A DNA stretch of 63,926 nt, filler included, from Lama guanicoe (taxonomy: Eukaryota), in the NCBI GenBank assembly GCA_013239625.1. It is 102 parts of 102 records of this genome, joined end to end, with 100 filler letters (N's around TTAATTAATTAA, not from the genome) between each part and the next. Parts side by side here need not be neighbours in the genome. Positions count along the whole stretch, not along the records: positions 34,372 to 34,897 come from PNXV01026608.1; positions 34,998 to 35,440 come from PNXV01026609.1; positions 35,541 to 36,047 come from PNXV01026610.1; positions 36,148 to 36,700 come from PNXV01026611.1; positions 36,801 to 37,237 come from PNXV01026612.1; positions 37,338 to 38,161 come from PNXV01026613.1; positions 38,262 to 38,980 come from PNXV01026614.1; positions 39,081 to 39,283 come from PNXV01026615.1; 94 more parts are not named here. One strand, given 5' to 3'. Shown piece by piece: positions 34,460 through 46,252 of this stretch. How positions within the stretch are numbered: position 1 is the stretch's first letter; every line of letters starts with the position of its first letter. Under the pieces are notes generated by a model. The model did not search any database. It was not told where the DNA came from and was given only the letters and a program-made list of their open reading frames with translations. Made by a program: the position numbers and the translations under genes.

Positions 34460-34897
34460 ATAAAAAGAGACCGGCAGGACCCCCAGGCAGGGCCACTACT
34501 CTCCGGCCAGCACCATCCGGTTCCCTGGCCTGGAGGCTCTATCTCACTTTCTGCCTCTGAAACGCCTTACTTCTAGGAAAGTGGAACTTACCCCTAAAAT
34601 TCTGTTGGTTCCCTGAGCTCACTTCTGATTGGTCCATTTGTAGTACTTCATTTGCACGGAGCTCACTCCTGATTGGTTATTTCTCTCCCTCCTGATCGGC
34701 CCATTTCTACAAAGCTTGTTCCTAATCAGTCAACTTTTGTTACACCTTATTTATATACGATGTTGCAAAGTGTAAACTGACAGCCTATAAAAGCCTATGT
34801 AAACCTACAGCTGGGGTCCAGAACTTGGATTGTTAACTCCTCTGGGCCCACTGGCATAACAAACCTGAGTTCTCCAACTCTCCGAGTGCTGCTTGGT
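34460..34897 (+). mobile_element. ERV LTR (U3-R, truncated by the contig end)
   Basis: Repeated CTGATTGG (inverted CCAAT), ATTTGCAC, TATAAAA at 34786 and an R region similar to the LTR at 23529. Confidence 0.7.
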
Positions 34898-34997
34898 NNN
34901 NNNNNNNNNNNNNNNNNNNNNNNNNNNNNNNNNNNNNNNNNTTAATTAATTAANNNNNNNNNNNNNNNNNNNNNNNNNNNNNNNNNNNNNNNNNNNN

Positions 34998-35440
34998 GTC
35001 GGCAGCGCGTGGGTACTAACGGAATGCCTGTGCTCGTCTCCCCTGAATATTTTCCTCATGTCTCTGTGCCAGGGAATGCTAGGGGCGTTTGCAGGAAATC
35101 CCAGTGACAGAGGCTGCCACCACAAGGTCAGGGAAGGTATTTCTCGGACTTCCCCGAGCAGGGAACACCTGTGACTGAAGAGAGCTGCGTGGAGTTGTCT
35201 CTCGAGCTCCCCCACTCAATGACAATAGTTCCGGAATCCTGAGCGTGGGGAGGTTCCACCAACAGTCGGCAGCGCGTGGGTACTAACGGAATGCCTGTGC
35301 TCGTCTCCCCTGAGTGTTTTCCTCATGTCTCTGTGCCAGGGAATGCTAGGGCGTGTTGCAGGAAATCCCAGTGACAGAGGCTGCCACCACAAAGTCAGTG
35401 AAGGTATTTCTCGGACTTCACCGAGCAGGGAACACCTGTG
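34998..35440 (-). repeat. 267-bp satellite
   Basis: GTCGGCAGCGCGTGGGTACTAACGG at 34998 and 35265. Confidence 0.95.
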
Positions 35441-35540
35441 NNNNNNNNNNNNNNNNNNNNNNNNNNNNNNNNNNNNNNNNNNNNTTAATTAATTAANNNN
35501 NNNNNNNNNNNNNNNNNNNNNNNNNNNNNNNNNNNNNNNN

Positions 35541-36047
35541 CAGACCACGCCCGCCAGGGTCACAGCCCGCCCAGTGGTTGGGACGGGCCAGCGGCCAAGT
35601 AGAGAAAGCCGGGATGAGAGGACTCGCGGGTGGGAGAGGGGAAGGGGACGCCAGCCGCGGACTGAGGGGAGCCAGGCTGGGTGAGTGGCGGCAGGGGCAC
35701 ACCTGGCCCTGGACAGCTGTGGCTGGGGCACCGGGGCAGGTGGTGTGGCAGAGGGGTCCGGCCGGAGCAATTCAGCTGAACACAGGCTGACTGGCGCCAT
35801 AGGGGGCTGTGACAGGAGGACCGCCCTCCTGCAGCTGCCTGACCCCTTTTCCGGGAGCCCCCCACATTGCACTTCCACAGCCAGAGGCCCCGGCTCCAGG
35901 TAGGTGCCAAAGGCCTACCGGGCAACAGAGCCAAGAAGCCTTTGGGCCGATCCCCGGCTCGGAGTTGGAGCTTCCAACCAGTGGTCCAGCTGTCACCAAC
36001 TGCGCATGCGCAGGAGGGCCAGCGATCCTCTCTGTGTTCTGTGAGGG
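35541..36047 (-). promoter_or_regulatory. CpG-island promoter-like region with NRF1 palindrome (paralog of 10914-11420)
   Basis: TGCGCATGCGCA at 36001-36012; reverse complement aligns colinearly to the contig at 10658. Confidence 0.6.
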
Positions 36048-36147
36048 NNNNNNNNNNNNNNNNNNNNNNNNNNNNNNNNNNNNNNNNNNNNTTAATTAAT
36101 TAANNNNNNNNNNNNNNNNNNNNNNNNNNNNNNNNNNNNNNNNNNNN

Positions 36148-36700
36148 CATTGTCAGTGCGTGGGGAGCTCGAAAGACAAATCCACGCAGCTCTCTTAAGT
36201 CACAGGTGTTCCCTGAATGGGAAAGTCTGAGAAATACTTTCCCTGACCTTTGGGAGACAACCTTATTCACTGGGATTGGCTGCAAACACCCCTAGCATTC
36301 CCTGGCACAGAGACATTAGGAAAAAACCCAGGGGAGTAGAACATAGGCATTCCGTTAGAACACACGCGCTGCCGACAGATGGTGGAACCTCACCACGCTC
36401 AGGATTCCGGAAAAATTGTCAGTGCGTGGGGAGCTCGAGAGACAACTCCACCCAGCTCTCTTCAGTCACTGGTGTTTCCTGTTAGGGGGAATTCTGAGAA
36501 ATACCTTCCCTGACCTTGGGGAGGCAGCCTCAGTCACTGGGACTGCCTGCAAACCCCCCTAGCATTCCCTGTCACAGAGATATTTGGAAAAACACAGGGG
36601 AGTCGAGATTAGGCATTCCGTTATAACCCACGCGCTGCCGACAGTTGGTTTAACCTCACCACGCTCAGGATTCCGGAACCATTGTCAGTGCTTGGGGAGC
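36148..36700 (+). repeat. 267-bp satellite
   Basis: Family consensus motifs, about 2 units. Confidence 0.95.
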
Positions 36701-36800
36701 NNNNNNNNNNNNNNNNNNNNNNNNNNNNNNNNNNNNNNNNNNNNTTAATTAATTAANNNNNNNNNNNNNNNNNNNNNNNNNNNNNNNNNNNNNNNNNNNN

Positions 36801-37237
36801 TGTGGGGAGGTTCCTCAAACTGACAGCAGCACCTGGGTTCTACTAGTGTCCATTAGCTTCTGTTATCTGAGTGTTCTTTAGGCCAGGCCATGAGGGAAAG
36901 CTGGGGGTTGGGCTTGGATGCCAAGTAGCAGTGAGGGCCGCTTGATCCACTGAGGAAGTACTTAGAGGACTTCTCCCTAAACGGAACAACTTTTCCTCCA
37001 TTCATCTGGGTGCAGTGAGGCTGCACATCTCTCCCACACCTAAGAATGTGTTCTGGAATTCTGAGTGCAGGGAAGTTCCTCCAACTGACAGCAGCGCCTG
37101 GGTTCTAACTGAATCCCTTTGCTTGTCTTCCCTGATGGAAAGCCTAGGCGGCAGTGTGGGGGAAATTGTGGTTTGGGCTCCGTTACCCAATATTTGCGAT
37201 GACCACTCTATGGTTTGTGGAGGTGTTTAAACTACAT
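36801..37237 (-). repeat. Highly diverged 267-bp-family satellite
   Basis: TGACAGCAGC..CCTGGGTTCTA at 36821 and 37086 (period 265). Confidence 0.85.
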
Positions 37238-37337
37238 NNNNNNNNNNNNNNNNNNNNNNNNNNNNNNNNNNNNNNNNNNNNTTAATTAATTAANNNNNNN
37301 NNNNNNNNNNNNNNNNNNNNNNNNNNNNNNNNNNNNN

Positions 37338-38161
37338 GCTCGAGAGACAACTCCAAGCAGCTCTCTTCAGTCTCAGGTGTTCCCTGATTGGGGGAATTCT
37401 GAGAAATAGCTTCCCTGACCTTGGGGAGGCAGCCTCTGTCACTGGGAATTCCTGGAAACCCCCCTAGCATTCCCTGGCACAGAGACATTAGGAAAAAACC
37501 CTGGGGTGTCGAGCTTAGGCATTCCATTAGAACCCACGCGCTGCCGACCGTTGGTGGAACCTCCCCACGCTCAGGATTCCGGAACCATTGTCAGTGCCTG
37601 GGGAGCTCGAGAGACAACTCCACGCAGCTCTCTTCAGTCACAGGTGTTCCCTGTTAGGGGGAATTATGAGAAATACCTTCCCTGACCTTCGGGAGGCAGC
37701 CTCTGTCAATGGGATTGCCTGCAAACACCCCTACGATTCCCCGGCACAGAGACATTAGGAAAAAACCCTGGGGTGTCGAGCTTAGGCATTCCATTAGAAC
37801 CCACGCGGTGCCGACAGTTGGTGGAACACCCCACGCTCAGGATTCAGGAATCATTGTCAGTGCATGGGGAGCTCGAGAGACAACTCCACGCAGCTCTCTT
37901 CAGTCACAGGTGTTCCCTGTTAGGGGGAATTATGAGAAATACCTTCCCTGACCTTCGGGAGGCAGCCTCTGTCACTGGGATTTCCTGCAAACCCCCCTAG
38001 CATTCCCTGGCACAGAGACATTAGGAAAAAACCCACGGGAGTCGATCTTAGGCATTCCATTAGAACCCACGCGGTGCCGACAGTTGGTGGAACACCCCAC
38101 GCTCAGGATTCAGGAATCATTGTCAGTGCATGGGGAGCTCGAGAGACAACTCCACGCAGCT
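37338..38161 (+). repeat. 267-bp satellite (3 units of 267, 266 and 266 bp)
   Basis: GCTCGAGAGACAACTCC at 37338, 37605, 37871 and 38137. Confidence 0.97.
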
Positions 38162-38261
38162 NNNNNNNNNNNNNNNNNNNNNNNNNNNNNNNNNNNNNNN
38201 NNNNNTTAATTAATTAANNNNNNNNNNNNNNNNNNNNNNNNNNNNNNNNNNNNNNNNNNNN

Positions 38262-38895
38262 TTTGGAAACAGTATGGAAGTTCCTATAAATAATAAAAAT
38301 AGACCTATCTTATGACCCAGCAATCCCCCTCCTGGACATATAAAATATAAATCTGAAAACAAAGAATCCTAGGGTAAAACGTTAGAAGTACACTCTGACA
38401 TTGGACTTAATTTGATTCTACATATGTCTCCTCTGGCAAGGGAAGTAGAAGCAAAACTAACAAAATATGATTGTATCACTCTAAACAGATTTACACTGCA
38501 GAAGAAATGATCAATAAAATGAAAAGTCAACCAACACAATGGGAGAATATATTTTCAAGTGATATTTTCCAATCAAGTGTTAATATCCAAAATATATGGC
38601 AAACTCTTACCCCAAACAAAAACAAACAGACCTAAGAATCCAAGTAAAAAAAAAAGTCCCTAAGGAACTGAATAGATAGATCTGAATCAATTAGCTGTAG
38701 AAAACATACAGTTGGCTAAATGACACATGAAAATATGTTCAGAGTTATAAATTATTAGGAAAGTCATAAACCAAAAATGAGACAAGACCTCACAATTGTC
38801 AGAAAGCTCTCAACAAAAAGATAATATATATATGTTGGTGAAATTGTGGAGAAAAAGGAACACCATGCACACTGTTGATAGGAATGCAAAATATT
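38262..38895 (+). mobile_element. L1 ORF2 3' fragments (rearranged order)
   Basis: TTTGGAAACAGTATGGAAGTTCC..ATGACCCAGCAATCCC and AATGAAAAGTCAACCAACACAATGGGAGAATATATTT. Confidence 0.85.
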
Positions 38896-39080
38896 GATTC
38901 TATTGCATATATACATCAAATTTGCATCAGGCATTTTTCTGTCAAGGGATGTCGAATTTGTAGGCCCCTGTCTGAAGGCTNNNNNNNNNNNNNNNNNNNN
39001 NNNNNNNNNNNNNNNNNNNNNNNNTTAATTAATTAANNNNNNNNNNNNNNNNNNNNNNNNNNNNNNNNNNNNNNNNNNNN

Positions 39081-39283
39081 CTTTTATTTCTTCTAGGAGA
39101 CAATTTTTGAAATGTGTGTCAGATAATGTTTCGTCTATGTTTTCCTCTAGGAGGTTTATTGTATCTTGTCTTATGTTTAAGTCTTTCATCCATTTTGAGT
39201 TGATTTTTGTATATGGTATAAGGGTGTGTTCTAACTTCATTGTTTTACATGCTGCTGTCCAGTTTTACCAACACCATTTGCTG
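39081..39283 (-). mobile_element. L1 ORF2 fragment
   Basis: [34 protein letters not shown] is a typical L1 ORF2 segment. Confidence 0.95.
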
Positions 39284-39383
39284 NNNNNNNNNNNNNNNNN
39301 NNNNNNNNNNNNNNNNNNNNNNNNNNNTTAATTAATTAANNNNNNNNNNNNNNNNNNNNNNNNNNNNNNNNNNNNNNNNNNNN

Positions 39384-39930
39384 AGAAGAGTAAGTGTTAT
39401 TACTGCCAACAATTCACTTAATTCTAGGTGAAAGAACGACAATACATATGCTCAATTCTGAGAGTTAAGTGTGTGTGAAAGCCGTCAATCACCGAGCTTG
39501 TTGGAACACACAGTTTCTTTGCAGTGGGAAACTACACTACATACATATATATGGGGAGGTACTAGCTCCAACTCGGTTTTACAGTGAAAACAGCATGAAA
39601 TTCAAACCCGAACTAGGAAACATACTGAGAAACCCGAGTAAGTATTTCTACTGCAAACCATTCCGTTTATGCTAAATGAACGGTCATCTCTCCACAAGCT
39701 CAATTTTGAGATTTAAGTGTGTGTGAAAGCCGTCAATCACCGAGCCTGTTGAGAACACACAGTTTCTTTGCAGTGGGAAACTACACTACATACATATATA
39801 TGGGGAGGTACTAACTCCAACTAGGTTTTACAGTGAAAACAGCATGAAATTCAAACCCGAACTAGGAAACATACTGAGAAAACACAGTAAGAGTTTCTAC
39901 TGCAAATCATTCCTTTTATGCTAGTTGAAA
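39384..39930 (-). repeat. 248-bp satellite, divergent subfamily
   Basis: GCCGTCAATCACCGAGC at 39481 and 39729. Confidence 0.92.
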
Positions 39931-40480
39931 NNNNNNNNNNNNNNNNNNNNNNNNNNNNNNNNNNNNNNNNNNNNTTAATTAATTAANNNNNNNNNNNNNN
40001 NNNNNNNNNNNNNNNNNNNNNNNNNNNNNNTAAAACAGATATTATAGAAAAAGTAGAAGACCTTCAATTAAGCCACCAATTTACTGTCCATCATATGGAA
40101 GACCTGTCTAACAGTATCAAAAATCAGTAGATTCAAAATATGAGAAATTACTTTTCTTTTAGCTTTAGATAAATCATGTGATACAAGAGACACTACCAAA
40201 GTACAAATTTAGACACATTTTGTTTGAAAGAACTTCCAAACTTAAGAAGAAATGTCAAATATGTACCTTAAAAAAATTAAAATTGTAGCATGGATTATTT
40301 TTCACCTTTAAAACGGCCAAAGAATTTCAGCTATATATTAAAATAATAGTCTCCATCTCAATAGACAGCTCCAGCCATGTTAGGTTAAAAACCTACACTT
40401 ATTGGACTTTTAAAAGAAGAAACTGATATTCCTCTTATTGCTCTGCTCCACTGTATGATATACATAGAGTAGATTTGAGA

Positions 40481-40555
40481 GGGGATGAGTATAGCTCAAT
40501 GATAGAGTGTGTGCCTGGCATGCACAAGGTCCTGGGTTCAATCCCCAGTGCCATC
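40481..40555 (+). mobile_element. Vic-1-type tRNA-Ala SINE
   Basis: GGGGATGAGTATAGCTCAATGATAGAGTGTGTGCCTGGCATGCACAAGGTCCTGGGTTCAATCCCCAGT. Confidence 0.85.
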
Positions 40556-40655
40556 NNNNNNNNNNNNNNNNNNNNNNNNNNNNNNNNNNNNNNNNNNNNT
40601 TAATTAATTAANNNNNNNNNNNNNNNNNNNNNNNNNNNNNNNNNNNNNNNNNNNN

Positions 40656-41151
40656 GGGGGAATTCTGAGTAATACCTTCCCTGTCCTTGCGGAGGCAGCC
40701 TCTGCCCCTGGGATTGCCTGCATACACCCCTAGCATTCCCTGGCACAGAGACATTAGGAAAAAACCCTGGGGAGTCTAGCTTAGGCATTCCCTTAGAACC
40801 CACGCGCTGCTTACACTTGGTGGAATATCCCCACCGTCAGGATTCCGGAAATATTGTCAGTGTGTGGGGAGCTCGAGACACAACTCCACGCAAATCTCTT
40901 CAATCACAGGTGTTCCCTGTTAGGGGGAATTCTGAGTAATACCTTCCCTGTCCTTGCGGAGGCAGCCTCTGCCCCTGGGATTGCCTGCATACACCCCTAG
41001 CATTCCCTGGCACAGAGCCATTAGGAGAAAACCCAGGGGAATCGAGCTTAGGCATTCCGTTAGAACCCACGCGCTGCTTACACTTGGTGGAATATCCCCA
41101 CCGTCAGGATTCCGGAAATATTGTCAGTGTGTGGGGAGCTCGAGACACAAC
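40656..41151 (+). repeat. 267-bp satellite
   Basis: AATTCTGAGTAATACC at 40661 and 40928. Confidence 0.95.
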
Positions 41152-41251
41152 NNNNNNNNNNNNNNNNNNNNNNNNNNNNNNNNNNNNNNNNNNNNTTAAT
41201 TAATTAANNNNNNNNNNNNNNNNNNNNNNNNNNNNNNNNNNNNNNNNNNNN

Positions 41252-41543
41252 TCTAACGGAATGCCTGTGCTCGTCTGCCCTGAGTGTTTTCCTCATGTCT
41301 TTATGCCAGGGAATGCTAGGGGTGGTTGCAGGCAATCCCAGTGAGAAAGGCTGCCTCCCCAAGCCAGGGAAGATATTTCACGGACTTCCCCATTCAGGGA
41401 ACACCTGTGACTGAAGAGTGCTGCGTGGAGTTTTCTCTCGAGCTCCCCAACCCAATGACAATGGTCCCGGAATCCTGAGCGTGAGGAGGTTCCTACATCG
41501 GTCGGCAGCGCGTGGGTTCTAACGGAATGCCTAAGCTCGACTC
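41252..41543 (-). repeat. 267-bp satellite
   Basis: TCTAACGGAATGCCT repeated. Confidence 0.95.
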
Positions 41544-42177
41544 NNNNNNNNNNNNNNNNNNNNNNNNNNNNNNNNNNNNNNNNNNNNTTAATTAATTAAN
41601 NNNNNNNNNNNNNNNNNNNNNNNNNNNNNNNNNNNNNNNNNNNAGCTGGACGAAAAGCTGGCTGAACGGATTGAGGAGAGATGCGAACACATAAATGAGA
41701 GATGTTCTGTTACAATGGAGAATACTGGCGAGGAGACAGCTGTAGAGGATACCAGGCTCAAAAGACATTCATGAGACATATTAAACCACACTTATACTGG
41801 CAGAAACATACGGAGTGCCAACGTGGACTTGAGGAAGTTCCTCAATTCTCTTCTCCAAGAACGGGTCCAACGTTTCTGACGTCTGAAAGAGAAGAGATGG
41901 CAGAGATGATCAAAACGCTACTGTTCTTGGAAGTGGTCGTGAGAATCCACACGTCCCAAGGGGCATTCCCAAGCCATTCAGAGCAGAATTCACCAAGCCC
42001 AGGTAAAATTTTCCCATGTTTGGGCCTAGCTAGCAAGCACTTGCCCTTCCATCCCCTCCACTCAGGNNNNNNNNNNNNNNNNNNNNNNNNNNNNNNNNNN
42101 NNNNNNNNNNTTAATTAATTAANNNNNNNNNNNNNNNNNNNNNNNNNNNNNNNNNNNNNNNNNNNNAAAGGAAAGCT

Positions 42178-42270
42178 CTTTCTTTCTTTCTTTTCTTCCT
42201 TCCTTCTTTCCTTCCCTTCTTCTTTCCTTCCTTCCCTCCCTTCTTCCTTCCTTCCTTTTTGTCTCCTTTC
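42178..42270. repeat. (CCTT)n/(CTTT)n microsatellite
   Basis: Read directly from the sequence. Confidence 0.9.
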
Positions 42271-42311
42271 TTACTGCATGGAATAATCACTGTACAGACA
42301 AGATCTAGCCA

Positions 42312-42650
42312 GAAAAAAATAAAATAATGCCATGTGCAGCAACATGAATGGACCTGGAGATGATCATGCTAAGAAAATTGTCAGACAGAGAAAAACAAAT
42401 ATATGATTTTACTTATATGTGGAAGCTAAAAAAAAATTATACAAATCAACTTATTGACAAAAGAGAAACAGACTCACAGGCATAGAAAACAACCTTCTGG
42501 TTACCAAAGGGGAACAGCAGTGGAGAGATAAATTAGGAGTTTGGGATTAACATCTACAAATTGTTATATATAAGAGAGATGAACAACAAGGTCCTGCTGT
42601 ATAGCAGAGGGAACTGTATTCCGTATCCTGTGATAACCTATAACAGAAAA
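42312..42650 (+). mobile_element. L1 3' end
   Basis: AAAATAATGCCATGTGCAGCAACATGAATGGACCTGGAGA..CAGACTCACAGGCATAGAAAACAA..GTATAGCAGAGGGAACT. Confidence 0.9.
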
Positions 42651-42871
42651 NNNNNNNNNNNNNNNNNNNNNNNNNNNNNNNNNNNNNNNNNNNNTTAATT
42701 AATTAANNNNNNNNNNNNNNNNNNNNNNNNNNNNNNNNNNNNNNNNNNNNTTCAGTCCAGCATGGGGAAAGGACACTTTTTACTGAACCTCTGTGTTCTG
42801 CTAAAAACATGTGTTTCTTTTTTTCTCCTTTCCTTCTCCCCTCTCCCTGAACTTTTTTTTTTTTATTTCAG

Positions 42872-42939
42872 ACAACAGGATGTTGGACTTTCTGAAAAAC
42901 ATGATTCATTCTTAATGAAAAAGAAAGTTCTTACAGAAA
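42872..42939 (+). CDS. Candidate isolated 68-bp internal coding exon (QQDVGLSEKHDSFLMKKKVLTE), gene unknown
   Basis: Long polypyrimidine tract ending TTTCAG, donor GTTAGT at 42940, only one of three frames open. Confidence 0.35.
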
Positions 42940-43059
42940 GTTAGTGTTTTACTAGGTCANNNNNNNNNNNNNNNNNNNNNNNNNNNNNNNNNNNNNNNNN
43001 NNNTTAATTAATTAANNNNNNNNNNNNNNNNNNNNNNNNNNNNNNNNNNNNNNNNNNNN

Positions 43060-43573
43060 CCCCCCTAGCATTCCCTGGCACAGAGACATGTGGAAAACCC
43101 TCCGGGGAGACGAGCACATTCATTCCGATAGAACCAACGCTCTGCCTACCGTTATGGATCCTCCCACGCTCAGGATTCCGGAAATATATTCATTGAGTGG
43201 GGGAGCTCGAGAGACAACTCCACGCAGCTCTCTTCAGTCACAGGTGTTCCCTGATCCGGGAAGTCGGAGAAATAACTTCCCTGACCTTGGGGAGGCAGCC
43301 TCTGTCACTGGGATTTCCTGCAATCCCCCCTAGCATTCCCTGGCACAGAGACATGTGGAAAACCCTCCGGGGAGACGAGCACAGGCATTCCCTTAGAAAC
43401 CACGTGCTGTCGACCGTTGGTGGAACCTCCCCACGTTCAGGATTCCGGAACCATTGTCATTGAGTGAGCGAGCTCGAGAGACAACTCCACACAGCTCTCT
43501 TCAGTGACAGGTGTTCCCTGATCCGGGAAGTCGGAGAAATAACTTCCCTGACCTTGGGGAGGCAGCCTCTGTC
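43060..43573 (+). repeat. 267-bp satellite
   Basis: CCCCCTAGCATTCCCTGGCACAGAGACATG repeated. Confidence 0.95.
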
Positions 43574-44593
43574 NNNNNNNNNNNNNNNNNNNNNNNNNNN
43601 NNNNNNNNNNNNNNNNNTTAATTAATTAANNNNNNNNNNNNNNNNNNNNNNNNNNNNNNNNNNNNNNNNNNNNATTGCTTGGGTCATGTGGTCCTTCGTT
43701 CCCTCCATTGGAAATCACTATTCCAGGGCAAATAGTATGCATCTATAGAAACTGTATTGTTTGTAAGATGTCTTTAGAGGTTTTGCAGTGGGTTTAAATA
43801 TTTGCTTGGTGATGGCATCTTGATTGATTGAAGGAGGCAACCCTCACTAGGGGCTTTGTGTGCTTTCTGTCTGAGAGTTCCTTTACTGGCAGCAGAGTGT
43901 TCGTAGGCAGAGTTAGAAAGTTACCTGATCTGAGAAGCCGAATTTGCCCACAGCTGGGAATTGGCGGAAGAGTCTGTTATGGAAGGAAAGCTTTAGGATT
44001 ATCTGGTAGCAGAGTTCTGGGATCCAAACCCTGGGAAACCTCAGCTTTTGTAGAGTATGTTCTGTAGCAATAGGCTATTGGAAAATTTTAACACTTGTTA
44101 GTGGATGTAGAGTTGGGGAAATACTTAAAAGTGAAAGAACCTTAAAAAAGGATCTCCGAATATTTTTAAAGAAGACATTTTTCAGAATGAGAGGTTTCCT
44201 GGAAAAGACTAGTTCTTCACTACACAGGGAAAGCAGGGAGCAGGTGTAACTGCACTTACGGTAACTTAAAAGGTAAACCTTACCCTCCCACTTAGCTGTT
44301 TCCTGGTGCACGTTCATCTTCCACATCTGTAGTTTTAGACATGATGTGTCATTTTCTGGTGCTCCATTCTGCTTCTGAGTGAGAGACTTACACAAAGCCA
44401 CATAGCAATTGAAAAATTGCGCAAAGGACTTTATTGTTAAAAACGTAGACCTGTGTCAGGGTGCTGCGTTTGCAAGTGACTTTCAGTACAGAGNNNNNNN
44501 NNNNNNNNNNNNNNNNNNNNNNNNNNNNNNNNNNNNNTTAATTAATTAANNNNNNNNNNNNNNNNNNNNNNNNNNNNNNNNNNNNNNNNNNNN

Positions 44594-45158
44594 TGAAAAG
44601 GCAACCCACAGAATGGGAAAAATTTTTTGCAAATCATGTATCTAATATGATTTGATAAAAATCTGATAACTTATCTCGTAAATCCTGCCTAAAACTGGAT
44701 TTTGATGCCATAAATGTAGAAGTACAAGGGAAAATATCTAGTATATATGAAGAACTATTACAACTCAATAATAAAAAAGACAAATTACCTAATCAAAAAT
44801 GTGGAACACCTAGTTAACATCCATCACCATACATAGTTACAAAAATTGTTTTTCCTTATGATGAGAACTCAGTTCTACTCTCTTAGCAACTTTCAAATGT
44901 ACTAGACTTACTGTGACCATTTCACAATATATACAAATACTGAATCATTACCTTGTAAATCTGAAACTAGTATACTGTTATATGTCAATTATGGCCCAAT
45001 AAAAAATAAATAAAAATAAAAGGAAACTCTTAATCAGATAAAAATTATGTAGCAAACATCCATAATATTATACCTAAAAGTTAAAGGTAAGGATCATTCC
45101 CTTTAAAATAGAATGAGACAAGAATGTCCATTATCACTGTTTCTATTCAGTACTTTTT
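44594..45158 (+). mobile_element. Mosaic of L1 fragments
   Basis: TGAAAAGGCAACCCACAGAATGGG, AATCATTA..GTAAATCTGAAACTA..TATGTCAATTA plus A-tail, AATGAGACAAGAATGTCCA. Confidence 0.8.
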
Positions 45159-45773
45159 NNNNNNNNNNNNNNNNNNNNNNNNNNNNNNNNNNNNNNNNNN
45201 NNTTAATTAATTAANNNNNNNNNNNNNNNNNNNNNNNNNNNNNNNNNNNNNNNNNNNNATCTCAGTCGAACGAGCTCAACAAAGTCCTGGGCTACCCTGG
45301 AACTTAGGTTTTCTGTTCCTTATGTTGGCTGAGCTAGGATCATCACACAAGGCAGGGAAGGAGAGAAGAGGAAAGTCCAGCTGGCGGCCTCCATCTGTTT
45401 TCTTCCAGACACAAGGTGCCGCTAGAGAGACCCCGTAAACAAGCCCTCCCCATAAGGAAATCCGGCATCCACACTGCCCCTGAAGTCCCCAAGCAGCCCC
45501 GATGCCCCCTCCCACTGGTCACCTCCCAGCCTGTGAATGGTTTTCTAATGACCCTCCCAGTTGGTGGCACCCTCCCCCTCTTCCCTGCTACACACACGCA
45601 TGCGCGCGTGCACACACACACACAACAGAGCCAAGGCAGCCTTCCCAAAGCACAAATTTGATTACATCACCCCNNNNNNNNNNNNNNNNNNNNNNNNNNN
45701 NNNNNNNNNNNNNNNNNTTAATTAATTAANNNNNNNNNNNNNNNNNNNNNNNNNNNNNNNNNNNNNNNNNNNN

Positions 45774-46152
45774 ATTTTTATATAGTAACAACACATAATC
45801 AGAAAGAGAAATTAGGAAAACAAATTAGAAAATTTTTACAGATGACATAATTGTACATAGACAGAAAACTCCATACACTCCCCCAGTGACTGTTAGAAAT
45901 AATGAACAAACTTAGTAAACTTGCAGAATACAAAATCTATATACAAATATCCATTGCATTTTTATATAGTAACAACACATAATCAGAAAGAGAAATTAGA
46001 AATTAGGAAAAAAATTATATAGTAACAACACATAATCAGAAAGAGAAATTAGGAAAACAATTAGGAAAACAATTTTATATAGTAACAACACATAATCAGA
46101 AAGAGAAATTAGGAAAACAATAGTAACAACACATAATCAGAAAGAGAAATTA
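45774..46152 (+). mobile_element. L1 ORF2 RT fragment with five irregular copies of a 31-mer
   Basis: TTTACAGATGACATAATTGTA (FTDDII, like the FADD motif); AGTAACAACACATAATCAGAAAGAGAAATTA occurs five times. Confidence 0.85.
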
Positions 46153-46252
46153 NNNNNNNNNNNNNNNNNNNNNNNNNNNNNNNNNNNNNNNNNNNNTTAA
46201 TTAATTAANNNNNNNNNNNNNNNNNNNNNNNNNNNNNNNNNNNNNNNNNNNN

